Source: an uncultured Chloroflexia bacterium (GTDB lineage: Bacteria > Chloroflexota > Anaerolineae > JAAYZQ01). From it: 64,000 bases of DNA. Positions within the stretch are counted from its first letter, which is position 1, and every line of letters starts with the position of its first letter. Of the stretch, positions 56,683 to 64,000 are shown piece after piece. Made by a program: the position numbers and the translations under genes. The notes beneath the pieces are model-generated. The model saw only the letters and a list, made by a program, of their open reading frames with translations, was not told the origin of the DNA and did not search any database. The stretch spans positions 64,001-128,000 of the forward strand of contig CAVOXA010000006.1 of the NCBI GenBank assembly GCA_963700285.1, given 5' to 3'.

Positions 56683-57849
56683 ATGGATTTCTCATTCCCG
56701 AAAGAGTACGAGCTTTTCCGCCGCATGGTGCGCCGCTTTGCGGAGAACGAGGTCAAGCCCCTGGCCAAGACAATCGACCGCGAGCACCGCGTACCCCACG
56801 AAACCATCGCCAAGGCCGCCAGCCTGGGCCTGATGGGCGTACCCTTTCCCCAGGAATACGGCGGCATGGGCGGAGGCGAGATCGGCTACTGCATCCTGGC
56901 CGAGGAACTGGGCCGCGCCTGCAGCAGCACAGCGACCGTCATCGGCGCCCACATCGGCATCGCCGCCATGGCCATCTACCTGGACGGTACCGAAGAACAG
57001 AAACAGCGCTACCTGGTACCGATGGCCCAGGGCACGGCCATCGGCGCTTTTGGACTCACCGAAGCGGAGGCCGGCTCCGATGCGGCGGCCATCAAGACTA
57101 CAGCCGTGCGCGATGGCGACCACTTTGTCCTCAACGGGGCCAAGGTATTCATCACCAACGGCGACATTGCCAGCGTCATCGTCATCATGGCCGTCACCGA
57201 CCCGGCGCTGGGCGCCTACGGCGGGATCACCGCCTTTATCGTCGACTGCGATGCGCCGGGGTACAGCATCGGCAGTCTGGAGAACAAGATGGGCATCCGG
57301 GGCAGCTCGACCGCCGAGTGCGTCCTGCAGGACGTGCGGGTGCCGGCGGGCAATGTGCTGGGCCAGTTTGGCGCCGGGTTCCTGACCTTTATGAAGTCAT
57401 TGGATATCGGGCGCGCGAGTCTGGGAGCGGCTGCCCTGGGAGGCGCCCAGGCCGCCCTGGAGGCCAGCATCCAGTGGGCAATGGCGCGTGAGCAGTTTGG
57501 GGCGCCCGTGGCCACCAGACAGTCGGTGCACTTTATGATCGCCGACATGGCCGCCGAGATCGAGGCCCTGCGCTCGCTCGTCTACCGTACCGCCTGGTTG
57601 ATCGACACGGGCCAGCCGCATGTCCTGGAAGCGGCGGCCTGCAAGCTCTTTGGATCCGAGGTCTCACACCGGGCCATTGACAGCGCCCTGCAGATCCACG
57701 GCGCGCTTGGCTACAGCCGCGATCACTGGATCGAGCTTGCCTGGCGCGACCAGCGCATTACCGAGATCTATGAGGGCACCAACGAGATCCAGCGGATCGT
57801 GATTGCCGCCAATCTGTTCCGGCCAGAAGGCCTGCGCATCCCTACATAA
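56683..57849 (+). CDS. Acyl-CoA dehydrogenase (butyryl-CoA dehydrogenase-like)
   Basis: FGLTE.EAGSD, NG.K.FITNG, KMGIRGS, REQFG, QIHG..GY, IYEGTNEIQR. Confidence 0.95.
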   Translation: MDFSFPKEYELFRRMVRRFAENEVKPLAKTIDREHRVPHETIAKAASLGLMGVPFPQEYGGMGGGEIGYCILAEELGRACSSTATVIGAHIGIAAMAIYLDGTEEQKQRYLVPMAQGTAIGAFGLTEAEAGSDAAAIKTTAVRDGDHFVLNGAKVFITNGDIASVIVIMAVTDPALGAYGGITAFIVDCDAPGYSIGSLENKMGIRGSSTAECVLQDVRVPAGNVLGQFGAGFLTFMKSLDIGRASLGAAALGGAQAALEASIQWAMAREQFGAPVATRQSVHFMIADMAAEIEALRSLVYRTAWLIDTGQPHVLEAAACKLFGSEVSHRAIDSALQIHGALGYSRDHWIELAWRDQRITEIYEGTNEIQRIVIAANLFRPEGLRIPT

Positions 57850-57878
57850 CCAGCGCGAGTTCGAAGGAGGGCGGGCAT

Positions 57879-58682
57879 ATGAGAATCGTCGTTCCCATCA
57901 AACAGACCCTCGATCTCGGCGGGATCACCATCCGCCGCGACAAGGAACGCATCTTCATCAACCGTGAGGACTATATCATCGGCTCAGGCAGCAGCGCGGC
58001 GATAGAAGCGGCGCTGCGCATCAAGGACAAGCAGATGGGGGGAATTCAAGTCCTGGCCCTCAGCCTGGGCCCGGCTCGGATCGATGATGCCCTGCGCGAG
58101 GCCCTGGCCCTGGGCTGTGACGCTGCCTACCGCATAACCGACGAGGCTTTCCGGGAGGCGGACAGTTCAGCCACAGCGCGCATCCTGACCGCGGCCATAC
58201 AAGGGCTGGGCGGCGCAGACCTGATCGTTGCTGGCCGCGCATCGGGCGACACAGGTTCAGGCCAGCTCGGTCCGCGGCTGGCCGCAGCGCTGGGCTACAG
58301 CCAGGTGACGGATGTCTATGGCCTGCAGGTCGTGGAAAGCGAGATCCAGGCCATCAGACGCTGGCGTGGTCGTTTCGCCTCGGTGAGAAGCCCACTGCCG
58401 GCCGTGGTCACGGTGGCGCCGGAGGCGTTTCCCGCTCGCTATGCCCATGGCGCCCGCATCATGAACGCCTACCGCGAATGGGACGTTGCTATCTGGGATG
58501 CCCGCGATCTGGGCATGGACGACGCGGACCTGGAGCCGCTGCTGGTCGCCCGCGGCGAGAGCTACCCCCCACCGTTGGACACCGGGGAACAGTACCGTGG
58601 CGAGCCCGCAGCCATGGCGCAGGAAGTCGTCATGGCCTTGCGCTTGCAGCGGCTCTTCCAAGGAGCAGATCATGGACTTTAG
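57879..58682 (+). CDS. etfB: Electron transfer flavoprotein beta subunit (divergent)
   Basis: MRI.V.IKQ, A.EAALR.K, SLGP, REALA.G.D, DLI.AG..S.D...GQ.GP.LA, LPAVVTV. Confidence 0.9.
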   Translation: MRIVVPIKQTLDLGGITIRRDKERIFINREDYIIGSGSSAAIEAALRIKDKQMGGIQVLALSLGPARIDDALREALALGCDAAYRITDEAFREADSSATARILTAAIQGLGGADLIVAGRASGDTGSGQLGPRLAAALGYSQVTDVYGLQVVESEIQAIRRWRGRFASVRSPLPAVVTVAPEAFPARYAHGARIMNAYREWDVAIWDARDLGMDDADLEPLLVARGESYPPPLDTGEQYRGEPAAMAQEVVMALRLQRLFQGADHGL

Positions 58683-59748
58683 CTATCTCGACGACTGGAC
58701 GGATGAGGAACCCGTCGCAGAGATCCAGGTTCTGGCCGAGGGCCATCGCCATATCTGGGTCCTGGCCGACGTAGAGGGGGGAGCCCTCCATCCCGCCGCA
58801 CTGGAAGCCATGGGCCAGGCGCGCGAATTGGCCGACCAGATCGGCGTCTATGTCTTTGGGCTGCTCCTGGGCGATGGCGTGGAAGCCCTGGGCGAGCCGC
58901 TTGTTCACAACGGCGCGGACAGGGTGCTCGTCGTCGACTGGCCGGAGCTGGCCCAGTACCAGCCAGGTACCTTTGCGCAGGTAGTGGCCATCCTGGTGGA
59001 GGAGCATCGCCCCGAGATCCTGCTGCTGCCCGCCACAGAGATGGGCAGCGACCTGGCGCCCAGGTTGGCCCAGCAACTGAGTACCGGCCTGATGAGCCAC
59101 TGCACGAAACTGGAGATGGACATGTCCGAGCGGCTGCTGCTGGGCACCTTTCCCGTTCTGGGAGGCGAGATGTACCACACGGTCGCCTGCCCCCAAGCCA
59201 GGCCCCAGATGGCCACCTTGCAGCCCGGCGCCTTTCCCCCGCCCTATCCGGACCCGTACCGTTCCGGCGATGTGCAGCGGGTGGACGTCGGTGCGGAGAC
59301 CTTTGCGGAAACACTCACCGGAAGTCTGACCTGGCTCTGCCTGGACGAGCCGTTCGACCTGCCGCCGACGCCTCTTTCCAAAGCCAACGTCGTCGTCGCC
59401 GCGGGGCGGGGCATGGGCGATGCCGGCGGCTTTGCCCTGGTGCAGCAACTGGCCGAGGCGCTGGGCGGCGCCGTCGCCGGCTCCCGGGGGGCCTTTGACG
59501 AGGGATGGATTGCTGAAGAGCAGATTGTGGGTGTGGGGGGCGCCTCCATTGCCCCCGACCTCTACGTAGCCTGTGGCCTGTCGGGCGACGTCTACCATAC
59601 CTTTGGCCTGCAGGGGACAAGGTTCGTCGTGGCCATCAACACCGACGAGAAGGCGCCCATCATGCAAAAGGCCAACCTGGCCGTGGTGGGCGATGCCCGG
59701 GAGGTGATCCCGGCCATGCTGGAGGCGCTGGGGCATTTCCGTTTGTAG
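58672..59748 (+). CDS. etfA: Electron transfer flavoprotein alpha subunit (divergent)
   Basis: GAD.V, P...L.PAT..G.DLAPRLA, RPQMAT, VV..GRG, GSR.A.D.GW, P.LY.A.G.SG, VAIN.D..API. Confidence 0.9.
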   Translation: MDFSYLDDWTDEEPVAEIQVLAEGHRHIWVLADVEGGALHPAALEAMGQARELADQIGVYVFGLLLGDGVEALGEPLVHNGADRVLVVDWPELAQYQPGTFAQVVAILVEEHRPEILLLPATEMGSDLAPRLAQQLSTGLMSHCTKLEMDMSERLLLGTFPVLGGEMYHTVACPQARPQMATLQPGAFPPPYPDPYRSGDVQRVDVGAETFAETLTGSLTWLCLDEPFDLPPTPLSKANVVVAAGRGMGDAGGFALVQQLAEALGGAVAGSRGAFDEGWIAEEQIVGVGGASIAPDLYVACGLSGDVYHTFGLQGTRFVVAINTDEKAPIMQKANLAVVGDAREVIPAMLEALGHFRL

Positions 59749-59888
59749 TGCGCACTTGGCGCTCTCTGGCGCTAAAGCGCCTACTACGAACCTGGCCGTC
59801 CTTGCCAAGGTCCCCCAGCGGTAGCCATTGATCGGCTATCACACCACAGCGCCTACTACGAACCTGGCCGTCCTTGCCAAGGTCCCCC
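59740..59888. repeat. GTAG-type REP pair with ~40-bp direct duplication
   Basis: Degenerate inverted copy TTTGTAGTGCGCAC.., then GGCGCT-AA-AGCGCC-TACTACGAAC; AGCGCCTACTACGAACCTGGCCGTCCTTGCCAAGGTCCCCC occurs twice. Confidence 0.8.
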
Positions 59889-59968
59889 TGCTGTGCTATG
59901 ATTGGGTCGCAGCCAGGCGAGGAATGGCAGCAATCCTACCCACAAGGAACAAGGAAGTAGAGTCCGGA

Positions 59969-60958
59969 ATGACTCCACTCACCATGGCCAGCGTGCTGGC
60001 CGCCCAAAAGTTGATACAGCCCTATCTATGGCGAACGCCGCTGCTGCCCTCGGCTGCGCTGAGCAGCCTGTCCGGCACCGACGTACACCTCAAGCTGGAA
60101 TGCTGGCAGCGCACCGGCTCGTTCAAGGAACGCGGGGCGCTCTACAAGCTGGCTTCCTTGTTCCCCCAGGACCTGGCCCGCGGCGTAGTCACCGCTTCGG
60201 CCGGGAACCATGGCCTGGGCGTGGCCTACGCCTGCCAGTTGCTGGGCCTTCCTCCGGCGACGGTCTTTGTCCCCGAAACCGCTCCGGAGAGCAAGGTCAA
60301 TCGCCTAAGGACTTTCGACTGCGACCTGCGCCGCGCCGGAGCCGACTATGACACCTGCCATGCCATCGCCGATGCCTACGCGCAAGAGCAAGGCGCACTC
60401 TATCTCTCTGCCTACGATGATCCCGTGGTCATTGCGGGTCAGGGCACAGCCGGCCTGGAGCTGATCCAGGATCTGCCCGACGTGGATGCCATCCTGGTGC
60501 CCGTTGGGGGTGGAGGCCTGATCGCCGGGGTGGCCGTGGTCGCCAAGGCCGTGAATCCCAAGATCCGCGTCGTGGGCGTGCAGCCCGAAGCTTCCCCGGC
60601 CGCCTACCTGTCCTTGCGCGACGGAAGAGCCTACGAGACTTACGACGCCGGGCCCACCATCTGCGACGGCCTGGCCGGCGGCTTTGGCCGGGTTCCCTTT
60701 GAGCTTGCCGGCGACCTCATCGACGAGATCCTCGTCGTCCCCGAGGCTGATGTGCGCCGGGCGGTGGCCTGGCTCGTGGCCCAGGAGCAAATGGTCGTCG
60801 AGGGCGCAGGCGCCATCGCGGTGGCGCCCCTGCTTAGTGGCCAATTCCAGGCGCCGGGAGGACAGGTGGCCGCCGTGCTTTCCGGGCGGAATCTGGACAC
60901 AGAGGTCCTGCGCGAGATTCTGGAAGAGGCAAGCGCAGGAGAGGCTTCAAGCGGATGA
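59969..60958 (+). CDS. Threonine/serine dehydratase family PLP enzyme
   Basis: KLE..Q.TGSFK.RGA, ASAGNHG, IAGQGT.GLE, VPVGGGGLI, EGAGA, SG.N. Confidence 0.93.
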   Translation: MTPLTMASVLAAQKLIQPYLWRTPLLPSAALSSLSGTDVHLKLECWQRTGSFKERGALYKLASLFPQDLARGVVTASAGNHGLGVAYACQLLGLPPATVFVPETAPESKVNRLRTFDCDLRRAGADYDTCHAIADAYAQEQGALYLSAYDDPVVIAGQGTAGLELIQDLPDVDAILVPVGGGGLIAGVAVVAKAVNPKIRVVGVQPEASPAAYLSLRDGRAYETYDAGPTICDGLAGGFGRVPFELAGDLIDEILVVPEADVRRAVAWLVAQEQMVVEGAGAIAVAPLLSGQFQAPGGQVAAVLSGRNLDTEVLREILEEASAGEASSG

Positions 60959-61779
60959 TCCGCACCATTCTCTTTGACCTGGATGATACCCTCTACCCGC
61001 CTGAAGCAGGCATCATGGGCGAGATACGGAAGAGGATCCTGAGCTTCACCATGACCCGGCTCAATCTGCCCGAGGCGGAGGCTGAGGCCCTGCGGCGCAG
61101 ATACTTTTTGGAGTATGGTACATCGATGCGTGGGCTGCAGCTCAACCACCAGATCGATCCCGACGACTTTTTGTACCATGTCCACGACATCCCCATCCAC
61201 GAGCACCTGAAACCCAATGCGGAACTCGACGCCATGCTGTCCACCATCGACCAGGACAAGGTAATCTTTACCAATGCGTCGCGCGAGCACGCCGAACGGG
61301 TCCTGGACGTGCTGGGGGTACGCCATCATTTTTCCCGCATCATTGACGTCCGGGACATGGACTATGAGAGCAAGCCCCAGCCATCCGCCTACCGGCGCAT
61401 CTGCGAGCTACTGGAGGTCCGGCCAGAAGAGTGCATGCTCGTCGAGGACAACATGCGCAACCTGCAACCGGCCAAAGCCCTGGGCATGACAACGGTTCTG
61501 GTCCTGGATGGCCAGTCGCCCCCTGACGAAACGGCGGACTATGCCCTGCGGCGAGTGGAGGAGATGGGAGCGTTGTTCACCGAGTTTGCCAGCCTCCGGC
61601 TTGGTCCGGAGGGGAGCGCTATAGGGCTTGATCTGGAGGCATCGGATCAGGCCCTGTTCTTTTGTGTGGTCAGCACACCAGGAAACAAGGAGGTTTTCAG
61701 ATGGTCGATCAGAGCAGGTTCGATGGCCAGTGGACCACAGACTGGCAAAAAGTACTCTCGACACGGGCAACCCGGATGA
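60955..61779 (+). CDS. HAD-family pyrimidine 5'-nucleotidase-like hydrolase (C-terminal end uncertain)
   Basis: FDLDDTLYP, YGTS..GL, IFTNA, KP, VED...NL..AK.LGM.TV; the ORF overlaps the next gene by 79 nt. Confidence 0.88.
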   Translation: MIRTILFDLDDTLYPPEAGIMGEIRKRILSFTMTRLNLPEAEAEALRRRYFLEYGTSMRGLQLNHQIDPDDFLYHVHDIPIHEHLKPNAELDAMLSTIDQDKVIFTNASREHAERVLDVLGVRHHFSRIIDVRDMDYESKPQPSAYRRICELLEVRPEECMLVEDNMRNLQPAKALGMTTVLVLDGQSPPDETADYALRRVEEMGALFTEFASLRLGPEGSAIGLDLEASDQALFFCVVSTPGNKEVFRWSIRAGSMASGPQTGKKYSRHGQPG

Positions 61780-62942
61780 AGAGTTCTGCCATCCGCGAGC
61801 TGCTGAAGGTTACGATGATGCCCGACGTCATCTCCTTCGCCGGTGGCTTGCCCGCCCCCGAGGCGTTTCCCGTCCGGGACTTTCGCGACGCCTGCGAATG
61901 GGTCCTGGCTCACCATGCGCACCAAGCCCTTCAATATGGGCCCACCGAGGGCTACCCTCCCTTGAAGGACTATCTCATCGAGGCCATGGCCAAGTACGAG
62001 ATTCCAGCGGTACAGGGTAACATCCTGTTTACAAATGGCTCGCAGCAGGCACTGGATCTGCTGGGCCGAGCCTTCATCGAGGTGGGAGGCACGATCGTTA
62101 CCGGCCGCCCCACCTATTTGGGCGCCATCCAGGCCTGGGACGCCTATGGGCCGCGCTACGCTACGGTCCCGCTGGATGACCATGGCATGCGCATGGACAA
62201 GCTCGAAGAGACCTTGAGGGACAACCCGGGGGCCAAGTTCATCTATGTCATGCCGAATTTCCACAACCCGGCAGGAACCACCATGCCCCTGGAGCGGCGC
62301 CTACGTCTGGTAGAATTGGCCGCCGAGTATGGCGCTTTTATCGTCGAGGACGACCCTTACGGCGAGCTGCGTTATGAGGGCCAGGATGTCACGCCCATCT
62401 ATGCGCTGCACAAAGAGAATACCATCTATATGAGTACCTTCTCCAAGACCCTGGCGCCAGGCTTGCGATTGGGTTGGATTGTGGCGCCCGAGCGGGCCAT
62501 GACCAAGTTGATCCACGCCAAGCAGGGTATGGACCTTCATACCAGCAGTCTGATCCAGTACCTGGTCTATGATATCTGCCAGCGGGGCCTGTTGCGGGCC
62601 CACGTGCGCACGATACGCAAGCTTTACCGGGAGCGCCGGGACCTGATGCTGCAATGCATGGAGGAGCATCTTCCACCCGAAGCCAGATGGACGCGCCCGC
62701 AAGGCGGCCTGTTTCTTTGGGCGCGACTGCCGGACTATATGAACACGCAGGAACTGCTCAAGTTTGCCATTGAGGAGAAGGTCGCCTTTGTCCCTGGCTA
62801 CGCTTTCTATCCAGGCGGCGCCGACGGGCATTGCTGCATGCGTCTCAATTTCTCCAACGCCAGGCCAGAGATGATAGAAGAAGGAATCAAGAGGCTGGGG
62901 CGCGCGATTCGGCGGTACGCGGCCGTGGAGAGGGAAGGCTAG
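61701..62942 (+). CDS. PLP-dependent class I/II aminotransferase (LysN/Aro8-like)
   Basis: SAIRELLK, ISFAGGLP, LQYG.TEG, GSQQALDL, PNFHNP.G, EDDPYG.L, TFSKTLAPGLRLGW, RLNFS. Confidence 0.93.
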   Translation: MVDQSRFDGQWTTDWQKVLSTRATRMKSSAIRELLKVTMMPDVISFAGGLPAPEAFPVRDFRDACEWVLAHHAHQALQYGPTEGYPPLKDYLIEAMAKYEIPAVQGNILFTNGSQQALDLLGRAFIEVGGTIVTGRPTYLGAIQAWDAYGPRYATVPLDDHGMRMDKLEETLRDNPGAKFIYVMPNFHNPAGTTMPLERRLRLVELAAEYGAFIVEDDPYGELRYEGQDVTPIYALHKENTIYMSTFSKTLAPGLRLGWIVAPERAMTKLIHAKQGMDLHTSSLIQYLVYDICQRGLLRAHVRTIRKLYRERRDLMLQCMEEHLPPEARWTRPQGGLFLWARLPDYMNTQELLKFAIEEKVAFVPGYAFYPGGADGHCCMRLNFSNARPEMIEEGIKRLGRAIRRYAAVEREG

Positions 62943-63070
62943 ACGACCAAAGCCCGAGCTACAGCGTGAGCCGCGCGGAAAGCGGCGAAACCCTGGCCAC
63001 GGGCTGGACCAAGCACCTGTGCGTTGACAGGTATTTCCTGGGGGTTACGTCAAGCATTCCCCAGACTCAC

Positions 63071-63099
63071 TTGACAAAAAGAAAACACTCCTGTATACT
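63071..63099 (+). promoter_or_regulatory. sigma70 promoter for fadD
   Basis: TTGACA-N17-TATACT. Confidence 0.75.
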
Positions 63100-63175
63100 G
63101 GTGCGTGGGCAGCCGCGCAGCACGTGCATCCGCCACGTTGCGGGCGAACCAGGTATTCACCGGAGGAGGAGAGCG

Positions 63176-64000
63176 ATGAAAAAGCCCTGGTTAAAAGAGT
63201 ACGATACTGGCGTGCCGGCCACCATCAATTACCCGGACGTGCCCCTCCAGCAGTTCCTGCTCGATACGGCCGCCAAACACCCGGACAAGACGGCAACGAT
63301 TTTCGGCGCCGTCGTGGAACCTCTCGGCAACGCGTTGATGGATACCGCCCTCTCCTACGCCCAACTCCTGGCTCTGACCCAGCAGTTTGCGGCGGCCCTG
63401 CAAGCGCTGGGCGTCGGCAAGGGCGACAGGGTGGCCGTTCACCTGCCCAACTGCCCCCAGTTCATCATCGCCTACTATGCCACGCTCATGACCGGCGGCA
63501 TCGTGGTGCCCTGCAACCCCCAGTACGTGGCCCGCGAGATCCGGCACCAGCTCGTCGATTCGGGGGCCAAGGTGGCCGTCACCCTGAGCCTGACCTATCC
63601 CCTGGTCAAGCAGGTGCGGGCCGACACCCAGTTGGAGCACGTCGTGGTCGCCAACATCAAGGAGTACTTTCCCGGGGCGCTCAAGTTCTTGTTTGGGGTC
63701 GCCAAGGAAAAGAAGGAGGGCCACTACCAGGACATCTCGGGCGACCCTGCGACCTACTGGTTCCAGGATCTGCTGGCCCAGGCACCGGCCCAACCAGAAC
63801 CGGTGGAGATTAACCCGGACGACACCGGCGTCCTGATGTACACCGGTGGTACGACGGGTGTTTCCAAGGGGGCCCAGCTCACCCACCGCAACCTGGTGGC
63901 CAACGCCATCCAGGCCCGGTGGTGGATGTTCGACTCCAAGGAGGGACAAGAGGTCATGATGACCGCCCTACCCCTCTACCACAGCTATGCCATGACCGTG
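63176..64000 (+). CDS. fadD: Long-chain fatty acid--CoA ligase (partial, runs off window end)
   Basis: MKKPWLKEYD.GVP..I.YP, KGDRVA..LPNCPQF, YTGGTTGVSKG..LTH.NL; GGAGGAG RBS. Confidence 0.93.
   Translation, partial: MKKPWLKEYDTGVPATINYPDVPLQQFLLDTAAKHPDKTATIFGAVVEPLGNALMDTALSYAQLLALTQQFAAALQALGVGKGDRVAVHLPNCPQFIIAYYATLMTGGIVVPCNPQYVAREIRHQLVDSGAKVAVTLSLTYPLVKQVRADTQLEHVVVANIKEYFPGALKFLFGVAKEKKEGHYQDISGDPATYWFQDLLAQAPAQPEPVEINPDDTGVLMYTGGTTGVSKGAQLTHRNLVANAIQARWWMFDSKEGQEVMMTALPLYHSYAMTV

Noticed and set aside
61600-61779. Functional C-terminal extension of the HAD hydrolase overlapping the aminotransferase
   Set aside because: The tail looks non-globular and crosses the next gene's RBS; more likely a lost stop or an indel near 61620.
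1-64000. tRNA, rRNA, prophage, integrase or IS/RAYT transposase
   Set aside because: No recognisable sequence or protein motifs for these in the window; a covariance-model search would be needed to exclude small RNAs.

Overview
GC-rich bacterial chromosomal segment with no rRNA, tRNA, CRISPR array, phage or IS transposase that I can recognise. The gene repertoire and repeat style suggest an anaerobic Chloroflexota (Anaerolineae-like) genome; this is an inference. From left to right: redox and one-carbon genes (bcp, metF-like, Tat-exported molybdo-oxidoreductase, ferredoxin, 2-oxoacid:ferredoxin oxidoreductase); a DNA-repair cluster (degenerate SF1 helicase-like protein, UvrD-like helicase, stand-alone Fe-S PD-(D/E)XK nuclease, hicBA, recJ); ackA; a cell-surface glycosylation cluster; scpB; conserved hypotheticals; a 12-kb ABC-2/HlyD efflux gene cluster; and a TetR-led beta-oxidation/ETF operon followed by a partial fadD. 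The stand-out is a SAM methyltransferase plus a fused HgcAB-like protein (corrinoid domain, membrane anchor, 2x[4Fe-4S]) at 42747-44601. This pair sits inside the efflux cluster behind its own TetR-controlled promoter and is a candidate methylate-and-export system of unknown substrate. Also notable are GTAG-type REP hairpins that supply gene stop codons and are amplified into tandem arrays together with the adjacent gene ends. About 6.8-16.5 kb is riddled with small indels, probably uncorrected long-read errors, so gene boundaries there are approximate.
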